DNA of 63,888 nt, the filler included, from Acidimicrobiia bacterium (lineage in GTDB: Bacteria > Actinomycetota > Acidimicrobiia > Spongiisociales > CAZKJJ01), in the NCBI GenBank assembly GCA_046759765.1. It is 4 parts of 4 records of this genome, joined end to end, with 100 filler letters (N's around TTAATTAATTAA, not from the genome) between each part and the next. Parts side by side here need not be neighbours in the genome. Positions count along the whole stretch, not along the records: positions 19,926 to 39,034 come from JBHICV010000033.1; positions 39,135 to 57,590 come from JBHICV010000035.1; 2 more parts are not named here. One strand, written 5' to 3'. Below the pieces are notes generated by a model, which had not been told where the DNA came from, ran no database searches, and saw only the letters and a list, made by a program, of their open reading frames with translations. Positions 28,280 to 39,266 of the stretch are shown here, one piece after another. The translations under genes and the position numbers were made by a program. Each line of letters begins with the position of its first letter. Position 1 is the first letter of the stretch.

Positions 28280-28786
28280 TCAGGGATTTCTCGGACGCAG
28301 CACCGAGCTACGGTCCGATGCCACCAGCCGCTGCCAATCCTCCGGAGGGATCGTTGCTGGACGCTCCCCGTGATGGTGACGGGCGAAATCGATGACAACC
28401 CCGGCGGATCCGGCCTCGAGGAGGAGTGCGGCCCCGATCTCGGTATGGCGAAGGTGATCACCGAGGCGTCCGGACGGGTCGAGGGATAGTTTGGCGGCCA
28501 GCTCTGCCGCGGTCCGGCCCACGACACCCAGTCCCGCTCGCTGCTTCCCTACGTCATGTAGAAGCGCAGCGCGGACAAGGTCGTCACGATCGCTCGCACG
28601 GTTGGCGATATCCAGAGCTCCCTCGAGTCCATGTCGCTGATCTGAGGCGGCCTGCCCCCAGAACAGGGTCGCTTCCGCAGGTTCGGACAGCCATCGCTCG
28701 ACCAGCTGGTGCTCCTGTTCGTCCAGCGGCCGCGCCAGCAGCACGTCGAAGAATCGAGCTACGAGGTGAGACCAGCCCCCGGGCAA
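28280..28786 (-). CDS. HD-domain protein
   Basis: DQRH, ALLHDVGK, H.EIGA, HH and D motifs; TTG start next to the upstream stop inferred. Confidence 0.8.
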   Translation of the reverse strand: MPGGWSHLVARFFDVLLARPLDEQEHQLVERWLSEPAEATLFWGQAASDQRHGLEGALDIANRASDRDDLVRAALLHDVGKQRAGLGVVGRTAAELAAKLSLDPSGRLGDHLRHTEIGAALLLEAGSAGVVIDFARHHHGERPATIPPEDWQRLVASDRSSVLRPRNP

Positions 28787-28787
28787 G

Positions 28788-29138
28788 TCAGCCGAGCTTG
28801 GACTTGCAGTCGACGCAGAGAATCGAGGCCGGCCTGGCCGCAAGACGGGCGGGAGAGATGTCACGGCCACAGTTATCACACTTTCCGTAGCGCCCTTCGG
28901 AGATTTGATGGAGGGCGCCGTTGACGGAGTCCAGCTGGGCCTTCAGCGTTTCGATGATTCCGAGCACCTCCGTGCGCTCGGCCGTTGCTGCACCTGCGTC
29001 CGCGAAGCCGTCTCCGAACTCGACATCCTCACGGAGCTCGCCGGTTTCGGTCGCGCCGAGCTCATCGAGCTGCCGAATCAGCTTCTCACGCTCCTCTGTG
29101 AGCGTGCGCTGAGCCGCGCTGGTGTCAACGGAGGTCAT
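28788..29138 (-). CDS. TraR/DksA C4 zinc-finger protein
   Basis: Coiled coil with DxxxD tip; YGKCDNCG..I...RL...P....CVDC. Confidence 0.92.
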   Translation of the reverse strand: MTSVDTSAAQRTLTEEREKLIRQLDELGATETGELREDVEFGDGFADAGAATAERTEVLGIIETLKAQLDSVNGALHQISEGRYGKCDNCGRDISPARLAARPASILCVDCKSKLG

Positions 29139-29143
29139 GGGCT

Positions 29144-30028
29144 CTACCTACTCCTCGGATGCGAGGTTACGTACACCTCTTGGAGGTGACGCGGTGAAAC
29201 TCGCGTGTAAATCTGGGTTGTGCTGATACTAGCGTGGCCGAGGATCTCTTGAACAACCCTCAGGTCGGCTCCGCCCTCCACCATGTGGGTAGCGGCTGAG
29301 TGACGGAGAACGTGGGGTGACACCCCGGCCGGGTCGAGTCCGGCGCGCGAGGCAGCTTTCTTCACGGACTTCCACGCACCCTGGCGGCTGAGCCTCCCTC
29401 CCCGGGCGTTGAGAAACAGAGCACCCGAGTCCCGGCCCGAACGCCGCAGCCGTAGTCGATCGGGGAGATACCGCGTAATCGCGTGTGTCGCCGCGGTACC
29501 CAAGGGAACAAGCCTCTGCTTGTCTCCCTTTCCGGTTAGCAAGGCAGTCCGATCTGCCAGATCGACATCGGCGAGGTCCAGCGCTACTGCTTCGGCCACT
29601 CTGGCACCCGTGGCGTACAGCAACTCCAACAATGCTGCATCCCGTCTCCCCAACGGGGTGGAGACATCAGGGGCCTCCACAACGGCAGCTGCTTCGTCGG
29701 TGGTCAGCGTCTTTGGCAACCGCTTGGTGTCGCGTGGGCTCCCAACGGACACGGTCGGGTCCTTTGACGCCAGGCCTTCCGCCACTGCAAAACGATGAAG
29801 CCCCCGCACCGCCGCCAACTTTCGCGAGATCGATGAGGTAGCAAGTCCTAGCTCTGCCAGGTCGGACAGAAAACCCTCGACTTGGGCTTCGCTCGGTGGG
29901 CTGTCCTCGAGAAAGGCGAGGTACTGGCCCACGTCGCGCCGGTAGGCGTCCACAGTGTTAGTCGATAGGCCTCGCTCGGCACCCAGCGACGCCAGGAACT
30001 CCTCGGCTATCTCGGTGAGTGAGCTCAA
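29144..30028 (-). CDS. xerD: Tyrosine recombinase XerD
   Basis: NTVDAYRRD, LYATGARVAE, SPHVLRHS and LGHASISTTQIYT; canonical position after pyrG-nudF. Confidence 0.93.
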   Translation of the reverse strand: MSSLTEIAEEFLASLGAERGLSTNTVDAYRRDVGQYLAFLEDSPPSEAQVEGFLSDLAELGLATSSISRKLAAVRGLHRFAVAEGLASKDPTVSVGSPRDTKRLPKTLTTDEAAAVVEAPDVSTPLGRRDAALLELLYATGARVAEAVALDLADVDLADRTALLTGKGDKQRLVPLGTAATHAITRYLPDRLRLRRSGRDSGALFLNARGGRLSRQGAWKSVKKAASRAGLDPAGVSPHVLRHSAATHMVEGGADLRVVQEILGHASISTTQIYTRVSPRHLQEVYVTSHPRSR

Positions 30029-31149
30029 CTGAGTGTGGCGAGCGCCTCTTGAGGATCGGCAGGCTCGTAGCGAAGGCTGCGAGCAACGGCTGGATGCACG
30101 ATCGCTCCGCCGGCAATGTTAAGACCCCGAAAGAGCTCCGGGTGAGCCCGGAGGGCCGGTCCGACCCCCTCATCGGCAAGTGAGAGCACGTACGGCAGGG
30201 TCGCGTTCGTCAAGGCGTAGGTGGAAGTGTGAGGAACGGCCCCCGGAATGTTGCCTACGGCGTAGTGCACAACTTCGTGTACCACGTAAGTCGGTTCCGC
30301 ATGCGTCGTCTCTCTGCTGCTGTCGAAGCAGCCCCCTTGGTCGATCGAGATATCAACCAGCACCGCTCCGCGCTTCATGGATCGCACCAGATCCTCGGAG
30401 ACGAGCTTGGGGGCACTGGCACCGGGAACGAGAACTGCACCGACCACCAAGTCGGCCTCGAGGACCTGTTGCTCGATAGTGAGTTGGTTGGAGGCGAGCG
30501 TCAGGATGTGCCCCCGATACAGCGAGTCCAGTGTCCGCAGCTTCGCCACGTCGCGATCGATCACGACCACTTGCGCCTGCATCCCGACTGCGATCATGGC
30601 GGCGTTTGCTCCCGCCATTCCGCCACCGAGAACCACCACTCTGCCGGGCGCTACCCCTGGAACCCCACCTAACAGGATTCCCCTGCCTCCATGCGCGCTT
30701 TCGAGGAAGTAGGCGCCGGCTTGGGTAGCCATCCGCCCCGCGATCTCGCTCATAGGTGCGAGCAACGGAAGAGCGCCTCCCGTGAGCTCGACCGTCTCGT
30801 AGGCGATCGCGGTGGTGCCCCGCTCCATCAGCTCGTCGGCCACGTACGGATACGCGGCCAGGTGAAGATAGGTAAAGAGGATGTGGTCCGGGCCCAGCAT
30901 TTCCAGCTCAGAGGACTGTGGTTCCTTGACCTTTAGGACCAGCCTGGCTGCGGAGAAGATGTCGCCTGTGGTGGGGACGATCTTCGCTCCCTGCGATGCA
31001 TACTCATCGTCGTGAATCGTCGACCCTTCCCCGGCCCCGGCCTCGATGAGCACCTCGTGCCCACGATCGGTGAGCTCACGTACGCCGATCGGCGTGATCG
31101 CGACACGATGCTCGCCGGCCTTGATCTCCGCAGGAATCCCGATGATCAC
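30025..31149 (-). CDS. ald: Alanine dehydrogenase
   Basis: [21 protein letters not shown] and IDQGGC motifs. Confidence 0.96.
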   Translation of the reverse strand: MIIGIPAEIKAGEHRVAITPIGVRELTDRGHEVLIEAGAGEGSTIHDDEYASQGAKIVPTTGDIFSAARLVLKVKEPQSSELEMLGPDHILFTYLHLAAYPYVADELMERGTTAIAYETVELTGGALPLLAPMSEIAGRMATQAGAYFLESAHGGRGILLGGVPGVAPGRVVVLGGGMAGANAAMIAVGMQAQVVVIDRDVAKLRTLDSLYRGHILTLASNQLTIEQQVLEADLVVGAVLVPGASAPKLVSEDLVRSMKRGAVLVDISIDQGGCFDSSRETTHAEPTYVVHEVVHYAVGNIPGAVPHTSTYALTNATLPYVLSLADEGVGPALRAHPELFRGLNIAGGAIVHPAVARSLRYEPADPQEALATLS

Positions 31150-31694
31150 GTTATGTCTCTCCGTCGGGCTGCCGCATATATCCCGACGATCGACTTGGCG
31201 TCTTCGATCTCGCCTCGCTCGACTGCCGCCAATGCTTCCTGCAAAGGGATCTGCACAATCTCTGCTTGTTCTTCTTCGGTCCCCTGGGGACGTTTCTCAA
31301 CGGGTTCGAGGTCTTCGGCCAGAAAGAGCCACATCCGCTCGTCGCTGAAGCCCGGAGTGCTGTAGAAGACATGCAGTCTCACCAGCGTGCCGGGCTGGTA
31401 CCCAATCTCCTCGGCGCATTCGCGGAGAGCGGATTCTTCTGGCGTCTCGTCCTCGAGCTTTCCCGCCGGCAACTCTAGGAGGTCTTTGGAAACCGCGACC
31501 CGCCGCTGGCGGATGAGAATCACATCGTCGCCGGTCATCGGGACCACGACTACCGCTCCCGGATGTCTCACAACGACCCTTGTAACTTTCTCGTTGCTCT
31601 CGTTGGTGTAGTGACGCCGCTCCAGAGACAGGAACGCTGCGTTCTGAAGGTATCGAACACCCAGCAGCCGCAGCGCGGCGGCCGGTGGTTCCAC
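31146..31694 (-). CDS. NUDIX hydrolase (ADP-ribose pyrophosphatase-like)
   Basis: HPGAV, ELPAG...RECAEEIG, TPGFSDE and DAKS motifs. Confidence 0.92.
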   Translation of the reverse strand: MEPPAAALRLLGVRYLQNAAFLSLERRHYTNESNEKVTRVVVRHPGAVVVVPMTGDDVILIRQRRVAVSKDLLELPAGKLEDETPEESALRECAEEIGYQPGTLVRLHVFYSTPGFSDERMWLFLAEDLEPVEKRPQGTEEEQAEIVQIPLQEALAAVERGEIEDAKSIVGIYAAARRRDIT

Positions 31695-31696
31695 CT

Positions 31697-33439
<1,743 letters not shown>

Positions 33440-33449
<10 letters not shown>

Positions 33450-34267
33450 TCTAGTCCGAACTTCTTTCGGAGCACTTGGTCGAAGCTTCGGCCGGTCATC
33501 TGGATCATCCGCACAGGCCGGCTCCCTCGCACTATTTCCACATGCTCTTCCGCTCCGAGGGAACCGAGCTCGCGACCGTCAACCGCCACTCCAACGGGTC
33601 GGTCGTCGGCCACACGGCAACGCAACTCGACCTCGGGAGAAAAAACCAGTGGCTTGGCGAATAGGCCGTGTGAGGCAACCGGTGTGACGATCAGAGCATC
33701 GAGTCGCCGATCCACCAGCGGACCACCGGCGGACAAGTTGTATGCGGTCGAACCCGATGGTGTGCAGATGACTATTCCATCCGCGTGGTAGGTGATCACT
33801 TCGCGGTCATCGGCCGCGAGCTCGATCGAGACGAGCCGCTGACTGGCAATCTTCTCGATCACGACGTCGTTCATACCCACGGCGCGCGATCCGTCGGGCA
33901 TCGCGGCCTCGACAGTCATGAACTGCTGCTCCGCCCATTCGCCGGCAGCTAGGGCCAAGACGGCGGGTTTGAGCCCCTCGGGATCCACATCCGCCAGGAA
34001 CCCGACACGCCCTGCGTTGATGCCGAGGACGGCCGCGTCGGTCTGCAGCGCGAGCCGGGCACCTTCGAGAACTGTTCCGTCTCCCCCGACGGCCACGACC
34101 GCGTCGAGCTGCTCACGGTCGAGATCGGCTGCGGATGTGCCCAGCCTCTTCGCGTCCTCAGATGACGCCAGCAACTCCAGGCCTTCCGCAGCTGCGAGCT
34201 CCACGAACTCCTCGGCCAGTTCGAAGGCCTCGGTCCTGTCGTGATGAAGCACCAGGCCGATCTTCAT
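33440..34267 (-). CDS. nadK: NAD kinase
   Basis: GGDGT, GRVGFL, ND and TPSGSTAYNLSAGGP motifs. Confidence 0.96.
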
Positions 34268-35040
34268 CGAATCACCTGGTCGAGATTTTCGGCCGAGACC
34301 GTCGTATCTCCCAGGAGGGCGTGGGCCAGAAACTCGATGTTGCCCTTGGCTCCCACAAGCGGTGACCTCAGCACTCCGACAACCCCCAAACCGTGCAAGG
34401 ACAACTCACCGACCACGGAGGAGAGAACCGCCCGATGGACTTCTGTATCACGGATTACCCCTCCCTTTGGCACCTGTTCTCGACCGGCTTCGAACTGAGG
34501 CTTCACCAGCAGAACGTAGTCGGTGTTCTGCGTTCCCAGCGAAACCAAGGCCGGAGCAATGGCGCGCAGTGAGATAAACGATACGTCGACCGTCACAACA
34601 TCGAACGGGGCTCCTAGCTCGCGGGGCTCAACGTGCCGCACGTTGACTCCGTCGGCAATCTCTACACGCGCATCCTGACGCAGTTTCCAGTCCAGTTGGC
34701 CCGTTCCTACATCCAGGGCCGTGACCGACGATGCGCCGTGCTGGAGCAGACAGTCTGTGAACCCGCCCACCGATGCGCCCACATCGAGCGCTCGCCGTCC
34801 TTCGACTGAGATTCTGAATTCCGCCAGTGCGGCCTCGAGCTTCTCTCCCCCCCTACCCACGTAGCGAGCAGCGTCGGCTCGCAGGTCGATAGGAGTCGAA
34901 GCGTCCACAAGAGTGGCAGGTTTCGGAGTCACGACGCTCTGAATATGAACCCGGCCCCCCTCGATCATCGACCGGGCTTCGGCCCGGCTTCGTGCCAGGC
35001 CTCTTCTGACAAGCTCTTGGTCCAGTCGGAGCCGGTTCAG
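34264..35040 (-). CDS. tlyA: TlyA rRNA 2'-O-methyltransferase
   Basis: S4 RLD motif, RGGEKL, DVGASVGGFTD, DVSFISL and VKPQFE; probable CTG start. Confidence 0.93.
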   Translation of the reverse strand: MNRLRLDQELVRRGLARSRAEARSMIEGGRVHIQSVVTPKPATLVDASTPIDLRADAARYVGRGGEKLEAALAEFRISVEGRRALDVGASVGGFTDCLLQHGASSVTALDVGTGQLDWKLRQDARVEIADGVNVRHVEPRELGAPFDVVTVDVSFISLRAIAPALVSLGTQNTDYVLLVKPQFEAGREQVPKGGVIRDTEVHRAVLSSVVGELSLHGLGVVGVLRSPLVGAKGNIEFLAHALLGDTTVSAENLDQVIR

Positions 35041-35177
35041 CCGGCCTCCGCGGCATCGAGACGTTCGGCGAGCTGTGCCGCAAGCTCCTCGGCCTGGTCG
35101 GCAGCTGAGGCCGGGTCGACGGCCTCCAGCGCAGCGAGAGAGTCGGCTAGGTCTTCCTGGTTCTGAGCTTCTTGCAT
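35037..35177 (-). CDS. 46-aa acidic helical small protein (not in ORF track)
   Basis: MQEAQNQEDLADSLAALEAVDPASAADQAEELAAQLAERLDAAEAG; occupies the small-gene slot between the HAD and tlyA genes seen in actinobacteria. Confidence 0.7.
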   Translation of the reverse strand: MQEAQNQEDLADSLAALEAVDPASAADQAEELAAQLAERLDAAEAG

Positions 35178-35216
35178 GACCACATTCAAGCGTCTTGCCC
35201 GGCAACTTCAGGTGAA

Positions 35217-35987
35217 TCAGCCGGTGAGATCCTCTGCGAGCTCGGTGAGTGAGGTAGCAACCAGATCCGGAGCGAGATCATCAGGGATGTCGCGTGGGTT
35301 GGCGGTGACCCCACTCAGAACGAGAACGGACGTCCAGCCCTCCGCACGAGCCATCGCCAGGTCGGTCTCCGCTCGGTCGCCGACGACCCACACGGGACCG
35401 GGCGCCAGTCGCTCGGTAATCAGGGCCCGGATCGGTGCGTGGGGCTTGCCCGCCACCTCGGCCTGTACACCGGTTGCAGCCTCGACTGCGGCCACGACCG
35501 CCCCCGCTCCGGGGACCAGGCCTTCCGGAGTCGGAAACGTCAGGTCTCCGTTCGTAGCGATGAAGCGGGCACCGTTCCTGACAGCCAAGGTCGCATCCTT
35601 TAGCTCTTGGTAGGCAAGGTCCATGCGGAGACCCATGACGACTGCCCCTGCCGCCGCCGGGTCCCGGGTGGCCGGGATCCCGTAAAGGCCCAAGGCCTCG
35701 GCTATACCGGCTCCCCCTACAACGAGTGTGGGTGGGCGTTCGGGAACCAGCATCCTCGCAGCAGCCTCGGCTGAGCCGACTATCTGATCTGCGTCCGGTT
35801 GATAGCCCGTCAGCCGGCTGATCCGTTCACTCACCTGTTCGACGGTACGGGAGGAGTTGTTGGTCGCGAAGAGCAGTAAATACCCGGCGGAGTGGAGGGC
35901 TGCCAACGCCTTGCCCGCACCGGGGACCGCCTCGTCCTCGATGTATACGACGCCGTCCAGGTCACAGATGACGGTTCCGGCGGTCAC
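35217..35987 (-). CDS. HAD-IIA (NagD-like) hydrolase
   Basis: DLDGV, TNNS, ATNGD, GKP and GDR..TD motifs. Confidence 0.95.
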   Translation of the reverse strand: MTAGTVICDLDGVVYIEDEAVPGAGKALAALHSAGYLLLFATNNSSRTVEQVSERISRLTGYQPDADQIVGSAEAAARMLVPERPPTLVVGGAGIAEALGLYGIPATRDPAAAGAVVMGLRMDLAYQELKDATLAVRNGARFIATNGDLTFPTPEGLVPGAGAVVAAVEAATGVQAEVAGKPHAPIRALITERLAPGPVWVVGDRAETDLAMARAEGWTSVLVLSGVTANPRDIPDDLAPDLVATSLTELAEDLTG

Positions 35988-37348
35988 CCCGTGCTCAACT
36001 CACCGAATCGCTCTACCGTCCGCGCATAGAGAGCAGCCGTTCGACCCAGTGACTCGATCGAAATCCTTTCGTCGTTGCCGTGAAAGCGCGAAAGGAACTC
36101 CGGCAGCGTGAGCTCTTCCTCGAAGAGTGCAACGCCGTAGGCAACCGTCCCGAGCTCCCTGAAAAACCGGGCATCGGTGGCCATCGGAGTCAGCGCAGGC
36201 ACAACTCGGCGAGTTCCGGTGAGAGACTCGATTGCATCACTGGTCGCCTCCCACAGAGGGCCGGCTGCCTCGGAAGTCCCGGCCGGGAAGTCCATCACGC
36301 CCGACATCTCTACTTCCTCGTAGTCCGGGCCCAAAACCTTGCGGAGATGGTCGTCCACGGTCGTGGCGTCCTGCCCGGGCAGGGCCCGGATATCGATTTC
36401 CATCTCCGCGACGTCCGGAATCACATTGGCCTTCGAGCCCGCCCGCAGGACATTTGGGCTCAGGGTCAGATGAGTGCAAGCGTGCGCATACCGGGCCATA
36501 CCTAACGATCTTTCGCTCAACTCCGCAATCGCACCATCTACCTGCTCCGGGTTCGTGAGCCGAGCTACGAGATCAGCCGGTAGATCCAATGCCTCAACGA
36601 AGGCTCTCCACTCCGCGGTGATCTGCACAGGTGACGGCTCGGTCGTCAGTCGCTCCACCGCCCGCGCGACGGGAAGAAGCGCGTTTTTGGTACCGAACGG
36701 CAGGCTGCCGTGGCCAGGCAATCCCGAGGCGCGGAGGATTCGCCAGAAAGGCCCCTTCTCGCCCACCTTGATCGGGTACACAGGCCCGCCAGGACCCGAC
36801 ACGGAAGGAAGCGGCACCTCTGTCAGCAGATAGTCACATGCGATCTCGGTTCGCTGGGACTCCATGAGACTCTCGACTCCCCAGCGGGCTCCTGCTTCCT
36901 CATCGGCGACCGCGAGGAACACGAGGTCGCCTGGGAGAAGCTCCCAAGTGCCGTTCAGGAACCTCTTGAACACTGCTGCCATCGCGGCGGTCATGTTGAG
37001 CATGTCGACCGCGCCCCGCCCCCACACCTCGCCGTCGACCGTTTCGCCTCCAAATGGGTCTCTGCTCCATCCATCGGGGTTGGCGGGTACTACGTCTATG
37101 TGTCCCATCAGCCCAAGGGAGGGGGCTCCCGGGCGGTTGCCGGGGAGGCGATATACCAGGTTTCCACGGTCCGATCTGAACGTATGCACACTTCCTTGCT
37201 CACCCAGGTAGGCCTGGAGAGTGGCGACCGATCGCGACTCCCCTCCGCTGTCGGGAGTCCCGTCGTTGACACAGCCGTTCCTGATGAGAGTCGAGAGGAG
37301 CTCAGCGACTTCTCCCTCGTAATCCTGTGGCTCGAGATCAGGTCTCAT
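35984..37348 (-). CDS. M20/M25/M40 metallopeptidase
   Basis: GHIDVVP, GRGAVDM, DEE, GHGS and HGNDERI motifs. Confidence 0.94.
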   Translation of the reverse strand: MRPDLEPQDYEGEVAELLSTLIRNGCVNDGTPDSGGESRSVATLQAYLGEQGSVHTFRSDRGNLVYRLPGNRPGAPSLGLMGHIDVVPANPDGWSRDPFGGETVDGEVWGRGAVDMLNMTAAMAAVFKRFLNGTWELLPGDLVFLAVADEEAGARWGVESLMESQRTEIACDYLLTEVPLPSVSGPGGPVYPIKVGEKGPFWRILRASGLPGHGSLPFGTKNALLPVARAVERLTTEPSPVQITAEWRAFVEALDLPADLVARLTNPEQVDGAIAELSERSLGMARYAHACTHLTLSPNVLRAGSKANVIPDVAEMEIDIRALPGQDATTVDDHLRKVLGPDYEEVEMSGVMDFPAGTSEAAGPLWEATSDAIESLTGTRRVVPALTPMATDARFFRELGTVAYGVALFEEELTLPEFLSRFHGNDERISIESLGRTAALYARTVERFGELSTG

Positions 37349-37525
37349 GTGATTCCTTCGCGGAAGCAGCCAGCGGCGACTCCTTCCAGGAGCGGAACCG
37401 GTGGTGAACGACCGAGTCGGCTCCTAATCCCTCGCCGCGGCGTCCGCGCAGTCGAAATCGGTAACGGTTTGTCGGGTCGTCAACCGAGATGGCCATATAC
37501 CACGCCTCTCGCGGGAGGGAGCGAG

Positions 37526-37933
37526 CTAGCCACTGATGGCCTCGATCAGGTCGTGCATCGTGTCAGTCACCGGAAGATCTAGGACCTGCTCGAGAGGGAC
37601 CCAACGAACCTCGGCCGCATCATCTCCGGCTCGAAGCGATCCACCTACCGACCGTGCCGCAAAGTCGACGAGAGTGAAGTGCCAGGCGGGCGGGTCTCCG
37701 GGGCCGATGGCATCGCCAACCCAGACAACCTCTTCGACCTTCACCTGCAGGCCCGTTTCCTCTTCGATCTCGCGAGCGACGGCATCCTGCATGCGCTCCC
37801 CGTATCGGGGCCTTCCTCCCGGCACTGCCCAACGACCGGCCATGGCTCCGGCTCCCCTCTTGACCAAGAGGATCCTTCCCTCATCAAGGATGACTGCGCC
37901 GACGCCTGGCGTGGGGCCTTCGGCAATGCTCAT
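37526..37933 (-). CDS. NUDIX hydrolase
   Basis: PGG....GE....A..REIEEETGL box; AGDDA. Confidence 0.92.
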   Translation of the reverse strand: MSIAEGPTPGVGAVILDEGRILLVKRGAGAMAGRWAVPGGRPRYGERMQDAVAREIEEETGLQVKVEEVVWVGDAIGPGDPPAWHFTLVDFAARSVGGSLRAGDDAAEVRWVPLEQVLDLPVTDTMHDLIEAISG

Positions 37934-38403
37934 TCGCTGTCGTTGTGATGCATGACGATCGACCGAGCCGAAAAGCCGGCGGATTCGAAGAAGTTCTTTG
38001 CTAATCGGTGTCCGGGAAGCACGTGAGCATCAAAGAGGGTGTGCCCTCGGCGGCGCAGCTCGTCCAACACGGTCTCCAGCATCTCTGCTCCCAGACCTAC
38101 TTCTCTGGCCTCCTGCTCAGTGAAGACAAGCCTGACTGCCGCCACGCGGTCATCGGCCTGTGGTAGGAGGTCCTCGGAGCGGGCCAGTACGAACCCGAGT
38201 ATGGCCCCCTCCAGCTCACCGACGTAGACCACCGTATCGGCCTCGACAATGGCCGCCGAAAGGGCGTCCTCGATGGGCTCAGGAAGGCCGTCAGCTTTAC
38301 TCCACATGGGGTGTAGCTCGGTCATCTCGAGCTCTAGGAGCCGATAGAGCCGGACCAGCTCTCCGATGTCGTCAGTCGTCGCCGGGCGAGCTTTGGCCTC
38401 CAT
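37930..38403 (-). CDS. GNAT N-acetyltransferase
   Basis: R.AT..D, AREVGLG and FFESAGF motifs. Confidence 0.85.
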   Translation of the reverse strand: MEAKARPATTDDIGELVRLYRLLELEMTELHPMWSKADGLPEPIEDALSAAIVEADTVVYVGELEGAILGFVLARSEDLLPQADDRVAAVRLVFTEQEAREVGLGAEMLETVLDELRRRGHTLFDAHVLPGHRLAKNFFESAGFSARSIVMHHNDSE

Positions 38404-39034
38404 CACACCTCCCGGTCGCGCCACCCTAACCGGCGCCGAAACCTGCCCCACCCCCAGCGTGTCACCAGCCACATCGCCTCCAGGACGATCGTGCCGCTCA
38501 TCTTCGAGCGTCCATATCGGCGGTCCCGGAAGATGATCGGCACCTCCGCTATTCGCAACTCCCGCTCGGACGCCCGCCAGATGATCTCCACCTGAAACGC
38601 GTAACCGGAGGCCTGAGCGGTCGCCGGGTCGAGGTCGGAGAGAACATCGGCTCTGAAAGCGCGAAACCCGCCCGTAGCATCATGAATGTCAAGGCCCAGG
38701 GCCCAGCGCGCATAGAGGTTGCCCCCCACAGAGATCAGCTTTCTGTGCCATGGCCAGTCGGGTGTTCCGCCGCCGGGGACGTACCGGCTTCCGACCGCTA
38801 CCTCCGCCCCTTCCTCGATTGCGGCCACGAGGTCCACCAGGCTGTCGGGATCATGGGAGAAGTCAGCGTCCATCTCGCAGACGACGGCGGGACCAGCCGA
38901 CAGGGCGGCTTCGAATCCGTCGGCGTACGCAGCCCCCAGGCCCTCCTTCGACTCTCTGTGAAGGACCGTTGTGGCGCCATCCGAAGCTGCCAGCTCATCG
39001 GCCAGCTCACCCGTGCCGTCGGGCGACGAGTCGT
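38403..39034 (-). CDS. Polyprenol-monophosphomannose synthase (GT2, Ppm1-like), 5' end cut by the gap
   Basis: DSSPDGTG, GLGAAY, MDADFSH, GSRYVPGG and DATGGFR motifs. Confidence 0.92.
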
Positions 39035-39134
39035 NNNNNNNNNNNNNNNNNNNNNNNNNNNNNNNNNNNNNNNNNNNNTTAATTAATTAANNNNNNNNNN
39101 NNNNNNNNNNNNNNNNNNNNNNNNNNNNNNNNNN
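39035..39134. other. Artificial contig spacer
   Basis: N-run with TTAATTAATTAA. Confidence 0.98.
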
Positions 39135-39266
39135 GACCTCCCGTCATAGAACGCCGGTCGGGCCGCCGATCAGCCCGTCGCTAGTCTCGCCTTAAGTCCA
39201 TTCTCGTGCCGCCTACTGGTCGTATAGACACATAAACGTCACGAGAACGGTGAGAGAGAGGAGCGC

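Noticed and set aside
29144..30028. Second tyrosine recombinase as a mobile-element integrase
   Set aside because: Sequence and position match housekeeping XerD
37338..37372. TCAGGTC...GGAAGCAGCC resembling SRP RNA helix 8
   Set aside because: Lacks the short stem with GNRA tetraloop; spacing is wrong and it overlaps a CDS start
37337..37496. About 52-aa minus-strand ORF (MAISVDDPTNRY...) upstream of the M20 peptidase
   Set aside because: No RBS or recognisable features; the sequence is better explained as structured RNA, though not excluded
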